Below are positions 12,594 through 24,778 of a stretch of 64,000 nt of DNA, in pieces. Under the pieces are notes generated by a model, which did no database searches, was not told the origin of the DNA, and saw only the letters and a list, made by a program, of their open reading frames with translations. How positions within the stretch are numbered: the stretch's first letter is position 1; each line of letters starts with the position of its first letter. This stretch comes from Entomortierella parvispora E1425 (taxonomy: Eukaryota; Fungi; Mortierellomycota). A program made the translations under genes and the position numbers. The stretch is taken from NCBI GenBank assembly GCA_020891255.1, contig BQFW01000003.1, forward strand, positions 310,001 to 374,000, written 5' to 3'.

Positions 12594-14877
12594 ATGGTAA
12601 TGCTTGCCCCCTCTCTCTGTCTCTTCTGCTGTCGACTTTTACTGAACGGGACTCGCGCTGCGACTGGCTGATTGCGCTGCGAGAGCCAACATCGACATCG
12701 GTGTCCACAAAACGCTCTTCAGGAACCAGATAGAAGCTGGCAGGAAAGCGACACCAGCTGCTCGACAATACGCCTCGCCTGCAGTGAAGGGATGCTACAC
12801 CTGATCACATAATGACATCACTGACCTCTTTTTCCCTTCACCTTTTAGTCTTTGGCCCCAGTTCAGATTTTCCAAGACAACGCTACCGAGGAGCGCGCAG
12901 AGAATGCTCGTTTGGTATGTTTGAACCAAACTGATCTGATCAGGAGCGATGACCCATGTATTTGACTCGAGAGGACCATGCTGACATTGTCTTTTTCATC
13001 TTCATCATTGTATCCTTCAAGTCCTCCTTCATTGGTGCCATCGCCGTTGGTGATTTGGTCAAGAGCACCCTTGGACCCAAGGGAATGGTAAACAAGCTGT
13101 TGACAGTTGGACAATGATACGACCCTCGGGGCTTGCCACTAAAAATCAGGATCGATCGCTCACATTCGCCAACAAACTTCTATTCTCTTTTTGATACCCT
13201 TTTCTATTGACACGCATGCCCACTTTCAGGACAAGATTCTTCAGTCTGCTTCCACTGGCGAGGTCATGGTCACCAACGACGGTGCCACTATCTTGAAGTC
13301 GATTGCTCTCGATAACGCCGCCGCTAAAGTCTTGGTCAACATTTCCAAGGTTCAGGATGATGAAGTTGGTGATGGCACAACCTCGGTCTGTGTCCTTGCC
13401 GCAGAGTTGTTGCGTGAGGCCGAGAAGTTGGTCAACCAGAAGATTCACCCCCAGACCATCATTGAGGGTTTCCGCATTGCCAGCGCTGCTGCCTATGCTG
13501 CCTTGGAGGCCTCTGCCATTGATCACAGCAAGGACGCCGCCGTCTTCAGAGAGGATTTGATCAACATTGCCAAGACTACCTTGAGTTCCAAGGTTTTGTC
13601 GCAGGACAAGGAATACTTCTCAAAGTTGGCCGTCGATGCCGTTTTGAGATTGAAGGGCAGCACCAACTTGGAGAACATTCAGATCATCAAGAAGGTCGGT
13701 GGACGTCTCGCGGACTCTTACTTGGACGAGGGATTCATTTTGGACAAGAAGATCGGAGTCAACCAGCCCAAGCGCATCGAGAACGCCACCATCATGGTTG
13801 CCAACACCCGTAAGCGACACAAAACAAAACGGAAACAGGATGTGTGTTTGGCAGCTGCAGCTGTCACAAGTGACTAACCACAAAAATGCATCATGAAATT
13901 TTCGATGAATAGCCATGGACACTGATAAGATCAAGATCTTTGGTGCCCGTATCCGTGTCGAGGGAACTGGAAAGTTGGAGGAGCTGGAGCGTGCTGAGCG
14001 TGAGAAGATGCGTGCCAAGGTTGAGAAGATCAAGGACCACGGTATCACTTGCTTCGTCAACAGACAGTTGATTTACAACTGGCCCGAGCAACTGTTTGCT
14101 GATGCTGGCATCATGTCGATCGAGCACGCTGATTTCGATGGTGTTGAGCGTTTGGCCTTGGTTACTGGAGGAGAGATCACCTCGACCTTCGACCACCCCG
14201 AGCTCGTTCGTCTCGGACATTGCGATGTCATTGAGGAGATTATCATTGGAGAGGACAGAGTAAGTTTTTGGTGGCTTTCGACTGCAGAAGTCACCGTATC
14301 GAATGACCCTTTTAACCTGTGTTCTAATCCACCCGCAATATATTATATCATGTTGTAGTTGATCAAGTTCTCTGGTGTTGCTGCTGGTGAGGCTTGCACC
14401 ATCGTCCTCCGTGGTGCCACACATCAGCTCTTGGACGAGTCCGAGCGCTCTTTGCACGATGCCCTCAGTGTTTTGTCACAGACTACTCAGGAGCCCAGGA
14501 CAGTATTGGGCGGTGGATGCTCCGAGGTTTTGATGTCGAAGGCTGTGGATGAGATTGCTGCCAAGACTGCTGGAAAGAAGCAGGCTGCTATTGAGGCCTT
14601 CTCCCGTGCTCTTCGTCAGATGCCTACGATCTTGGCCGACAATGGTGGATATGACAGCGCAGACTTGGTCGCCAAGTTGAGAGCTTCTCACTACGAGGGC
14701 AACACCACCCATGGTTTGGATATGGAGCAGGGAACCGTTGGTGACATGCGTGAGTTGGGTATCACAGAGTCCTTCAAGTTGAAGCGTCAGGTATTATTGA
14801 GTGCCTCGGAGGCCGCCGAGATGATTCTCCGTGTCGACGATATCATTCGTTGCGCACCAAGGCAAAGACAGGGTTAA
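12594..14877 (+). CDS. CCT2: T-complex protein 1 subunit beta (chaperonin CCT2)
   Basis: ATG|intron|[22 protein letters not shown]; [11 protein letters not shown]; [12 protein letters not shown]; TVLGGGCSE; C-terminus [13 protein letters not shown]. Confidence 0.97.
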
Positions 14878-15214
14878 GAAGACATGGAGCTACCAAACAC
14901 CAGCTCTTGTTTTCGACAGATCTAGGAACGACGAGAAAAAAATCTACATCGAGGGGGAACAGAAAACGACATAGAATGAGGTCAACCATTTCGTATATTG
15001 CAGAAAATAAATCATTCATTCAAAAACACTTTTTATTTATTTTTTGGCAAGAAGCAGATATTAAAGCAATTATCTTGAAGAAAAAGAAAAAAGTTATCCT
15101 GTTGTCAAGATCAAAAAGTAGGGGGCGGGTCATAGGGTATCTGGAACGTCAAGTCGAGGACAGGGGGAGGAAGAAAGAGAGACAAGGGCAGACAATAGCT
15201 TTCAAACAGACCCT

Positions 15215-16800
15215 TTAAGCTCGGCATTGCGACCAGAATGGGAACCCACAGGCAGCACAGATAATGAGGTACACGAGGAACTAATGACAAGAAAAAAAAA
15301 ATGATTAGCTTCCAAAAGCTTGGGTGGTTGTTCGTCTGTCGTGACAGCACTGCATCCACCAAGCAACTCACCACAATGACTGCAATCAAAATGATCATCA
15401 ACTTTGTGTTCTTCCACCACATGGTTCTCTACATTGCACGAGTTGAAAGAGGAACAAGCATGAAAAGAAAGAGTTGGTGAGCAAAAAAAAAAAAAAAAAA
15501 AAGCTGCGGCAATGCTCTGTTCAAGTCCAAATCAAGCAATGATCAAAAAGTGACGACAAACCTTGAGTGCGGTACTCCTTTTCTTGAACGCGAACGCTTG
15601 CTGGTTCAAGTTGTCAGTCTTGTCAACAAGGAGCTCAATGCGCTCGCCTCTTTCCAGTACTCGCTCTAATATGTCATGGGGTTGTCAACGAATATAAATA
15701 AAGAAGGGGGTTAGCTACGCGATCTTCAGCGTGTAGGGCAGATGGGAGAGGGGGGGAAGGGAGGCGGGAATCTCATATGACTTTAGCAACCCTGACTCTT
15801 TGTTTGAATGACCAGGACTAACCCCTCGAATCAGTTGCGCGCTCCTGCGCGCGTAAAGTCGTAATGATAGAGTGGTAGCAATGAACGAAAAAAGGTCGTA
15901 AAGAGATGAACTGAATATATTACCGATGTTGTGGACCATGACATCCTTGACCTGCTCAATCTCTCCCTGAACCTGTTTGATCCTGTCGGCGTTCGGGTTG
16001 GTCGAGAAGTACTCCTAGTAACAGAGATTCTATGTAAGCCTGCATGCAAGGAAATCTGATCCCTCCTAGACCTACCCAGTCTTGATTTATCCAAAAAGTT
16101 CCTTCCGTCTTTTCCAGAGAACAACAAATCTCCTTTCTTACCATTTGCTTTGCAATGGTCTTTGAAAACTCATTCATGCCGTATGGGACCAGGGCATTTA
16201 GAGCCCGCTCCCGACTGTACTGTGCCAAGAACCGCTCCTTAATGTCCTGCAAGAATGCAAAAGGAATCCTGCGTCCAAAAGTGTCGTCGGCCATGCACAT
16301 GTAGGTCAATCCATCTTCACAAATGTAATGGAAGAGATATCTAATACAGATGGTACAAAACGGTTCAGCATGCAGTCAATGGTGTCGTACAGGGAGCTAG
16401 GCTGTTTTCTTTTTTCGTCTTAGTCCTTTGGTCTCCATTCAGTCTTGGAGTCAAGACTAGACTCTTCTTCGTTACCTGTCATAGACATAGGTCAGCTTGG
16501 AGTTGTTGGGTGGGATCTTTTCGAGGATGGCCTCGGTTACTATTGTAGGCAGGAAAAGGCAGGTTAGATCCGATGAGTACGATAAGGGCGGAGAAGGGTA
16601 AATGCTCAGCAAGAACGAGCCTGTTGGTCGTGCGTCTTGGCTTTTTGCTGTAGGACGGGGGGTCAAAAGTCGATCGACCTGCAGGAAGTGCTGAGCAGAC
16701 AAAGCGTGCTGGCCGTACCTGTCGTAAAGTTGCCGGATGAGTTTGTGTACTCTGCGAGGATGACGGTTCCTCTGGCGACGAGGGCGTAGATGATGCTCAT
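15215..16800 (-). CDS. VAMP7: Longin-domain R-SNARE, VAMP7-like
   Basis: MSIIYALVARGTVILAEY longin start; YLFHYICEDGLTYMCMADDTFGRRIPFAFL; SNARE motif ERGERIELLVDKTDNL; WWKNTKL followed by a transmembrane helix and CAACGFPFWSQCRA*. Multi-exon. Confidence 0.92.
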
Positions 16801-17979
16801 GGTGTGTAGAGAGAAAGAAAGAAAGAAAGAGAAAGAGCGAAGGAGAAGGAGAGCAAGAAGTGAAGGAGAGAGTAGTACGGGTGGGACGAAGAAGGGAAAA
16901 AAAAAAAAAAAAAAAAAGCGGAGACGAAACTTGGCGACAGACCCGAGCGAACCACGCGGACTGGAGGACCCCTTAATTTCACACAGGCCCACGCGCGGGA
17001 CAACCTGTTGCATGGCATTGACAGGGCTTTTGCCCTGTTTGTTCCTTTCCACTCCTACCCCTGTCCTTCTCTTCTTCCCGCTTGCCTTTCTTCAGAGACT
17101 GGTTTCGACTAGATCCGAGAGAGATTCCCCTGCCCCACTTCTCATCCCCGAGATTCTGGAGGCCGCCTTCTCGTTCTTATCATCCCTTACTGCGCATTGC
17201 GCCAGTTCGCGTTTCTAGATTTTGGCACTCAGTGGCGATCAGCTTTATCGCTTGCAAGGGTCATTGGAACGACAGTCTTAGTGAAGAAGAACTCTTCATC
17301 TGATCCAGCCGCTCCCTAGCCTAGATCTCCTCAATATTCAGTCTAGAGAGAACAGAAAATGTTAATAATGGAAATACTTGCTGGAAAAGATTCAATCCTC
17401 AGCCCACTAAATCCTACGGAAAAAAAGAAGCCCCTCAACCCACCTTTGAACGACTGAGGTCACTGTGTCTGACGGGATTGGCGGGATTGGACGCGACTAT
17501 ATTCCCCATTCTGAACAGTCTTCACTTCTTGACTCATCTTGGGATCGAAGTTGTTATCGATATTTCCTCCCTCCGCACCTTTTACATTTCTGAAATTTTA
17601 TCCGCGGTGCCATGACTAGAGAGTTTTACCACTGACTGTGTGGGGATCTCCCTACGACTGTTGCGGTTTTGTGGGACAGGCAGACCTCATTCGGGAATTT
17701 AAGTGAGGGCAACCTCAATGATAAGCTTTTGAACAGCTGCCACTATAAGGCCACTATGGACAGAACTCGCAAGCCGATCCCTTGGCTGCAGCAGGTTTGT
17801 CCAAAGGTTGGCTTTCGGGCTGTGCCACCAGTCAAAGAAACTGGGTCGTTCATCTGTGCGCAAACTGAACCAGCTGAACTCTTGTGAATAACCTGAAAAA
17901 CCATCTTTCTATCAAATCCACTCCCCAAGAAATAAAAGGATGGAATGAGTTTTTATTGACAGTGGAAGAGTGGGAGTCT

Positions 17980-19011
17980 TCACAGTCGCCTTGTCTGCAT
18001 CCGATATTGTGGCCTCATGGCCCTTTCCTGCTCCATCTGCATCATGGTCGTTTCATGGTGTTGCTGTGGCTGTTCCTCCAAGACTGCACCTGCGCCAATC
18101 GCACTAATCAACAATTGCCCAATCCAAGTGGCAAAGCCTACATTGAACAGAATTGAGCCGTGAGTACAAAGGACCTCGATTACAAACATTGCATAATCTT
18201 TCTATTCTCTTTTTTTTTTTTTTTTTTTACCTCCAATCACTATGCCAATGATCGCAGCCACGGTGAAGAACGAGTAAACCGGGAGGAAAGCCTTGCACAT
18301 GTCCTTGAGCATGATCCATGGTGGCTCCATCACGACCATCACCGCGTGGAATGGTTTTGCGACCAAGAACCGCAAAGACCAATACACGACCAGACCTATC
18401 CTCCAAACACCTGTCGCCACATATCGTATCACGGCCCAGATGACTTTCCAGGCTTCCCCATTTTGAGCCGTCTTCTCAGTTTTCCTTGAATCAGAGTCCT
18501 CCTTTCCTCTTTGTCGTGGTTTCGTTTGGGTATAGGCAACAGAAGAAGAGTCCGTGATGGTGGACATTGCTGCCTCTGTGGCTGTGGCTGAGATGTCCAT
18601 GGTGGCCGACAGTCCAGAGACCGACACCAGGGCCGATATCGCTGCCAAAGCTTCCTCGGGTGACATCTTGCTGAGGGATTCCAGAGACAGCTTTGGCTCT
18701 GCTGCTGGCACGAGTGGTGGTTGTGATACGATAGGGGGCGGGGGAGAAGGCACCGAGCTTTGTTGTGATGGCAGTTTCGAGAGCCTGGCTGCGTCATGTT
18801 GCTGTTGAAACCCTCTTTGAATCCTGCCCGATGGAGCTCGACCATTGTTGCCCGAGAATAAATTCGGGGCCGAGGTCCAGGCCATGGCGAGGAATACTAC
18901 GAGCGCGGAAACGACAAAGCATTTGTTGAATGGTGGTGGCGCGTCTGTGGTGTCAAGGGCACGCCGACGATCGTGCGCCATTGGGGATGCATCACGAGAG
19001 GAGTCTGACAT
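17980..19011 (-). CDS. Hypothetical membrane protein
   Basis: ORF from MSDSSRDASP (19011) with an N-terminal hydrophobic helix, a Ser/Pro/Ala-rich middle and C-terminal hydrophobic helices. An intron at about 18221-18139 leads to a final exon GFATWIGQLL...RRL*. Confidence 0.7.
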
Positions 19012-19705
19012 TGGAAGCAAGAGATTGATTTCGAATATGAATGATGAGAGGAAGAGGAAAAAAGAAAGAGAGAGAATGATGGTTCCTGCATGCATGTTCG
19101 TGTGGAGAAGGATGTGGGTGAAAATGTGCGGCACGTGCGCGACCATGGGTGCAACGGCCCTGATCGCGGAGGAAGGTGATCTATTTTCTCTGCAGACGAA
19201 ATGAATAATTTCGTTTTATGGAGTTCATTATGTATAATATATTAGTGTTATTGTGTTTGTAGGGTGCAACTGCGAGGGGCATCAGTAATAAAAGTTATCC
19301 TAGGTTTTTTTTTGGAAATCTGATGGCCTGAACCATCAGCTATCGATCATCCACTCGTCCTTTCTTGCTCCCTGCCTTTCTCACAATCCCCGCACCTTTC
19401 CTTTCTCACCATCCCTGCTTTATTCACTGAATATTACAAACTACTAACTTTTCTGCACTCATCATCATCTATCACCGCCCTTGGACACTCAGAGCTTGCC
19501 GTCACCGACTGTAAGGATCACGCTCTATGGACAAAAACAGTGTATCTTTTCGAGACAAGGCTTTTGGCATATGCACGGCGAAAAGAGCGCAAACTTCCGC
19601 TGTCCTCTTGGAGTCGGACTCTTAGATCCATCAGGAGAGTGAACTGTAGTCAGCGTAGTACATATCCATCTAACTAAAGCTGTGTAATCGTCTTTGGTGT
19701 GATAG

Positions 19706-22700
19706 ATGGGCGTGGCCAGCACCTGGCCGTATTTGGCCAACATCGAAGGCCTGGAGTATCCCGAAGTTGTGCCCAAAGATGTTTTCCCGAGAGTCCACAT
19801 CGACATTCCTGCTATCTTGTTTGCGCTTGCGAGAAGCATCCGCTGCAACAAGATCTTCGCGGAAATGAAAAATCACATGAACTCCTCGGCCAACCTCGAG
19901 GCGCCCTACATGCTTCCCGTTGAGATCTCTCTTTTTTTGACCAAAGTCCCTCCTCTTGAGACTGATGCCATCAAGAGCAACACGGAGTTTTTATCACTGA
20001 TCGGCTCCGAGTCTACGCTCCCTCCAGTCCCCTCGGCAATATTTGAGATCGACATCTCGGCGGCGATCGACAAAACACTGTCGAAAAAGTTTTCTAAAGA
20101 CCAAGGAATACTCCACTTTGACGGCGCCAGATCCATCCAAAAGACATACGCCCGCCAGAAAAGAGATCGTTCTCGAATCGGAGCGATTGCAGCGTTTGTC
20201 CACAAGGCATCATCCGTTTTGTCCCATCTTGCCCATCTGCAATCGCAAGTGTCCCTGAAAACTGCAGCCGGAAAGGCCAAGCCAACAAAGAACCAACTAC
20301 TTCGGTTAGTGAAGAGGATTCGCGGCCCACTGCTCAAGGCGTGGATAAATACAAAGGCAATCACTCATAAGGACTGGGACACACTTGGCAATCAACTCGG
20401 CTCAAAGGGATGGAAGGTACACTCCTGTCCAGGGGAGGCTGATGTTTGCATCAGTAGGCATGCTGAAGAAGAGCAGGAAGACACGGTGGTCGCGTCGGCT
20501 GATAGCGACAATGTTTTCCACGGAGCTTCATACGTGTTGCGCAAGAGTCCTCAAGGCGGCCGGTATTACAAATATGATATCGGGGCGATCCTCGGGAGTC
20601 TTGAGCTGTCTTATGAACAATGGCAAGCTGTGGCAGTTCTGGCAGAGAATGATTACGATCGAAAGGTCCCCGGCCTAAGCCTTACCAAGATTGTGGATAC
20701 CATCCGCGACATGGACGAAATGCCAGACATGCCAAAGGCAGTCGACTACGTCAAGAAGTTCTGCTCTCAGAATTCGATCGATCAGGCTGTCTTTAAGAAC
20801 AGTGTGGATATCTTCGTCGACAATAAGGAGGATACAGACACCGGCATCATATTGGAGGATAATGCGGCAAAGCTCGTCGACCACTTGATGCTGCATATCG
20901 TGAATGAAGTCTCCAAGCTTCGATATTGGTAAGTGTCAAGCGTTTGTCCTATTGAAAGGCACTCAAGGACAGCAGTACTGACTTGTTTTCTCCCCTATGC
21001 GATTTCTCAAACAGGAACAAGCGGACCAAACCAACCGCAAGGTAAGATATCTCAAATTGTCACTCTTTTTTTTTTTTTCTTTTTTTTTCTTTTCTTTTCT
21101 TTTCTTTTCTGAACGAATGTCATCAATCCGTCCTTCATCAGGTCAAGCGCCTCATCGTTGCCTGTGGTCCCGGAAGTAGGAAGCTCAAGTCAGACAGAGA
21201 CTAAGCAAGGGTATGGTATCATATTGCTATGCAGAGAGAAAGCATACCATGCCGAAGAACCCTTTCTAAACACTACTGCACTTTATGAATAGCTTTCTGC
21301 GATTCATGAGGGATAGAAAGCGGCCAGACTATCTTTCAAAGATTCGGCATCATGATCGCACAGCTTGGTCGGAGAGTCTTCCCCCTGGCTGGTCTAGGAA
21401 TGAGGGACCCGTGGGGCTATACGATCAGTCCATAGGCCCTCCAAAAGTCCATCCCGTCGCTCCGAACGCAACCCACACCAGCAACTCTGACAACCAAACT
21501 GGATCTGCACCACTTGCGACGGATCTAGTCAACCAGATCTTGGAAGGTGACAACCCAGCAGGTTCATCTTCGATTCCTACTGCCTCAACCAGTCAGAAGC
21601 GTCCCCTTTCGCAGGAGGCAAGCCAAAAGAAGAAGAAAAAGACGAACGAAAAAAAGGCGGCTACCTCCAAGCCCATTTACAACCGTTCAAGCAGAAAGGC
21701 GCGACATGCTGTAAACAAACAGATGGGCGACTTGACGTCTTCGGCTGGCTCAGTCACTGCGACAAGGAGGGAGCACGATACCACGCACATTAAAGCTACT
21801 CTGGAAACAACGTTTTCCCGGGTGGCACTCCAGCCAGGTACTCTGTGCTCCACACTTTACAAAGGGCTTGAAAGCCAGATGAAGGGATCGACACTATTGG
21901 AAGTACAGGATACGTACCGATCCATGCGGACAATGATGATGGACCTGGTCAAAGCAAACTCTGACGCAATTTGGTCGGCGATCGCGGTATTGCAAGACTA
22001 TGCGCTGTCTATTTTCAAGTCTCACCCCACACTTGACGAAGACGACGTCAAGAAAAGAAAAGATGCACTTGGTCCAGTCTACACAAGTCAAATCTTCGTA
22101 TATCATGTGGTCCGGGCCCTTTGGAGATGGAACGATCTTACAGACGCTACCCTCACTCAGCTCAAGTGCGAAGGCACACAGCGGCTTGCGTTTACGGTGG
22201 TACTGGAGTTCAAAAAGAAGCATAGCAACCAGCAGGCCGGCGGGATCCCATTCGACCCCTTTACAAAGAGACCGGAGAAGGCGGTCAGCGCCAAGTTCTT
22301 GGAATCTTGCGCACGCAGCGCGCACGACTTAATCTGCAGCCTTGTTCTGAGAAACGTCGGCGAACTTAAGCAGCGAGTAAGTGCTTGACATTCCTAGTGC
22401 GATGTTTTATGGTCTTTATCTCTTTGCTCGTCGCTCACTCTTGTCTCTGTCCTGTTCGCTAGGTTCTTGTCCAGCAGATACAATTCTCAAAGTCCGAGCA
22501 AGGACGACTTTTCCTGGATTCGATTGAAGGCACTGGTCGGTCAAAGCTGCACGATCCCGTATCCGTTCACTTGCTCCTGAACGCGTTACTGCGACCCGAC
22601 AGTCAAGTTGCGCTATTTCCTGTAATCGCCTTCAAAGACCGGGACCTGGACCTAACCGAAAGGGAGTTCGTTGATGCATGCCGACACCTCAAACCTACAC

Positions 22701-24627
22701 CAACTACAAAGAGTGCACTAGGTGCAATCTTCACTGGAACGGTCGTGGCCGCCGAACAGCGAGCAATCGCCCACAGAGGGGAGCTATTTTTCAACTTTTT
22801 CATGTCGAAAAATACCTCGTACAGACGTGGCACTGCTCTCATGAACCCGGCCTTGAACAGTGAGCGCGCTTTGTTCATCCCTGATTCGCGCCTGAGAATT
22901 CAAACAGAGCTGGAGCACCTGGATGAATACACATCAATCGACAAAACACTCTGCGCTCTCCTGAAGGAATGCTCCAGTTTGGCTAAAAAACAGGACCCAG
23001 GGCTGGCAGATTCTCAAGATTTACTCCATCGTATCTCGGTGTTTCAGGGGCAATGGTCACAGCTTCCTGGTAACCCTCCCCCCACCATCGCGAACATCCA
23101 TACGACTAGTGGATCAATCTCGAACGCCCTCAAGTCGATGGAGGTTGAATTACAACGGCTGAAGGACGTTTTAAGCAACATGTCAGCTACACAACAACGA
23201 CAACTGCGAGACGTGACTCTACATGGTCTGCATGCGGGGTCGAGCAGTAGCGCCGAGAACACACCTCGAAGACACTATGTTCCGACGGGTGTCATCAAGA
23301 CGGACGGTCATAACCTCCATGTGTTGGCTTTTGATTTGACCACATTACGCCCAAAGAAGAATACGAAGAGCAACCCCAGTCCTACCGGCAGTGGTTATCA
23401 GCACAATATCCCTGCCTTAGCTCCAGAGGAAGGGTTTCTTGCTCTGCCTTCCGCTCTACCTTTTGCTGCATCCTCCGCTTTACCTTCGTCTTTGGATATA
23501 TACGACTCAGAGCTTTGGACGTCTCCTGATCCTGTGCTGGAGGAGAGCCTGCCTGGAAGTGAGACTGAAAATCCTAATGAGGGTCCCAGTGTTGGACATG
23601 GAAATCCAGGGCAGGGACAGGTGGCACAGCGAAACCTCGCAGGCGTAAAGACTGCAGCAGTACATGCGAAAGCCCTACCGTATGTCCAGGACCTCTTTTC
23701 AACAGCGCAGCGTGTTCAGTCTTTGGGTGGCCCGCATTTTATCGGGATCGGGGTAGATCCAGGCCGGGCGAAACCTGCAAGCGTGGTCGCAGTACACACC
23801 AAGTACCCTGACTTTTCACAGACCCTCGATATCACCGACACCGTGGCTAAAGACATTCAAAAGCGATACATGGGATGTCTAAACGCAATGAAAAAGACCC
23901 ATGGGATCGACAAACTGGAGAACACATTGATTGCAGATGTTGCTCCCGTACAAGTGAAGGTCACACAGGAAAACGGGACAACGGTTTGCGATTGGAGGGC
24001 AGCTGCCAGCGCACTCTATAGTAACCACTTAGACTGGCTCAGACCTCGCCTCGCTGCATTTGAGAAGCTAAGGACCTTTTACGGATCAATCAGTTTCAAG
24101 AAGGATCTTTATGATATGAGGACGGCGATTCGAAGCGACAGAAGCCTGGTCTGTGCAGCGGCTATCAAGATGGCGCATATTCCCCACCCGAATATTCCAC
24201 CGACTGAAGTTCAGGAGTATCGAGAGACGCCAGCCGTTCTTGGAATAGGTGACGGGGACTTTGGCGGCCGAAAGGAAAAAACCTTGGACGAACTAGCGCG
24301 GACAGTAAGTGTTGCTGGAGTCGATTTTCAAAGAGAGTAAGGGGTGTTATATCTAACATCTGGTTCTCTTATACGTTATAGGCGAATGCCAATGGCATCC
24401 CAGCGGTGAAGCTCCCGGAGTTTCGATCCAGTCAGTTCTGCAGCCGATGTCGCTTCCGGGCAGTTCAGAAAGGCAGATCCATCCTTTGTGAAAACTGCAG
24501 TTGGGACATCGACAGAGACCATAACGCCGGCGAAAATCTCGCCAGATGTCTGGGTACTCACCTACAAACACAGACATGGCCAGCGCCTCTCGACAAAGCG
24601 CTCGCCAAAGTTCACTCGCGCCAGTGA
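19706..24627 (+). CDS. XPG/FEN1-family nuclease fused to Fanzor (TnpB-like RuvC + Zn finger), 1496 aa, six exons
   Basis: Exons 19706-20928, 21015-21041, 21142-21210, 21293-22376, 22463-24304 and 24382-24627. All five introns are GT-AG with compatible phases, and the total of 4491 nt gives 1496 aa plus stop. N-terminus: MGV start, HID, FDG..K, GEAD, SADSD, ENDY..PGL (XPG/FEN1). C-terminus: KTDG, GVDPG (RuvC-I), GIGDGDF, PEFRSSQFC (RuvC-II), CSRC..CENC, DRDHNA (RuvC-III). Confidence 0.88.
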
Positions 24628-24778
24628 GGCTCATGTGGAATGAGCACAACCTTCTTTACAGCATCGGTAAGTGCAACAAAAATCCGAGGACAAAAGCACA
24701 AACCTTTGTAGACTCTATTTCAACTAATTTATTCTCACGTCTTTATGCATTTCGGGAAGTTTAGCTGTATTACCAAGT

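Noticed and set aside
17300-17980. Intergenic stretch between VAMP7 and the hypothetical gene, examined for a TE remnant or ncRNA
   Set aside because: Only short ORFs without motifs, and no tRNA, snoRNA or repeat signature I could support.
19525-19851. 108-aa minus-strand ORF at the start of the XPG-Fanzor gene, considered as a partner or transposase
   Set aside because: It overlaps exon 1 antisense, has no transposase or other motif, and its length is within the chance range.
19256-24711. TTTGTAG direct repeat and a shared GTGCAAC 7-mer as a target-site duplication or subterminal repeats
   Set aside because: 7-mer matches between two 150-200 nt windows are expected by chance, and terminal inversion is only 3 bp (GGT/ACC). 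Kept only as a hypothesis, not as a feature.
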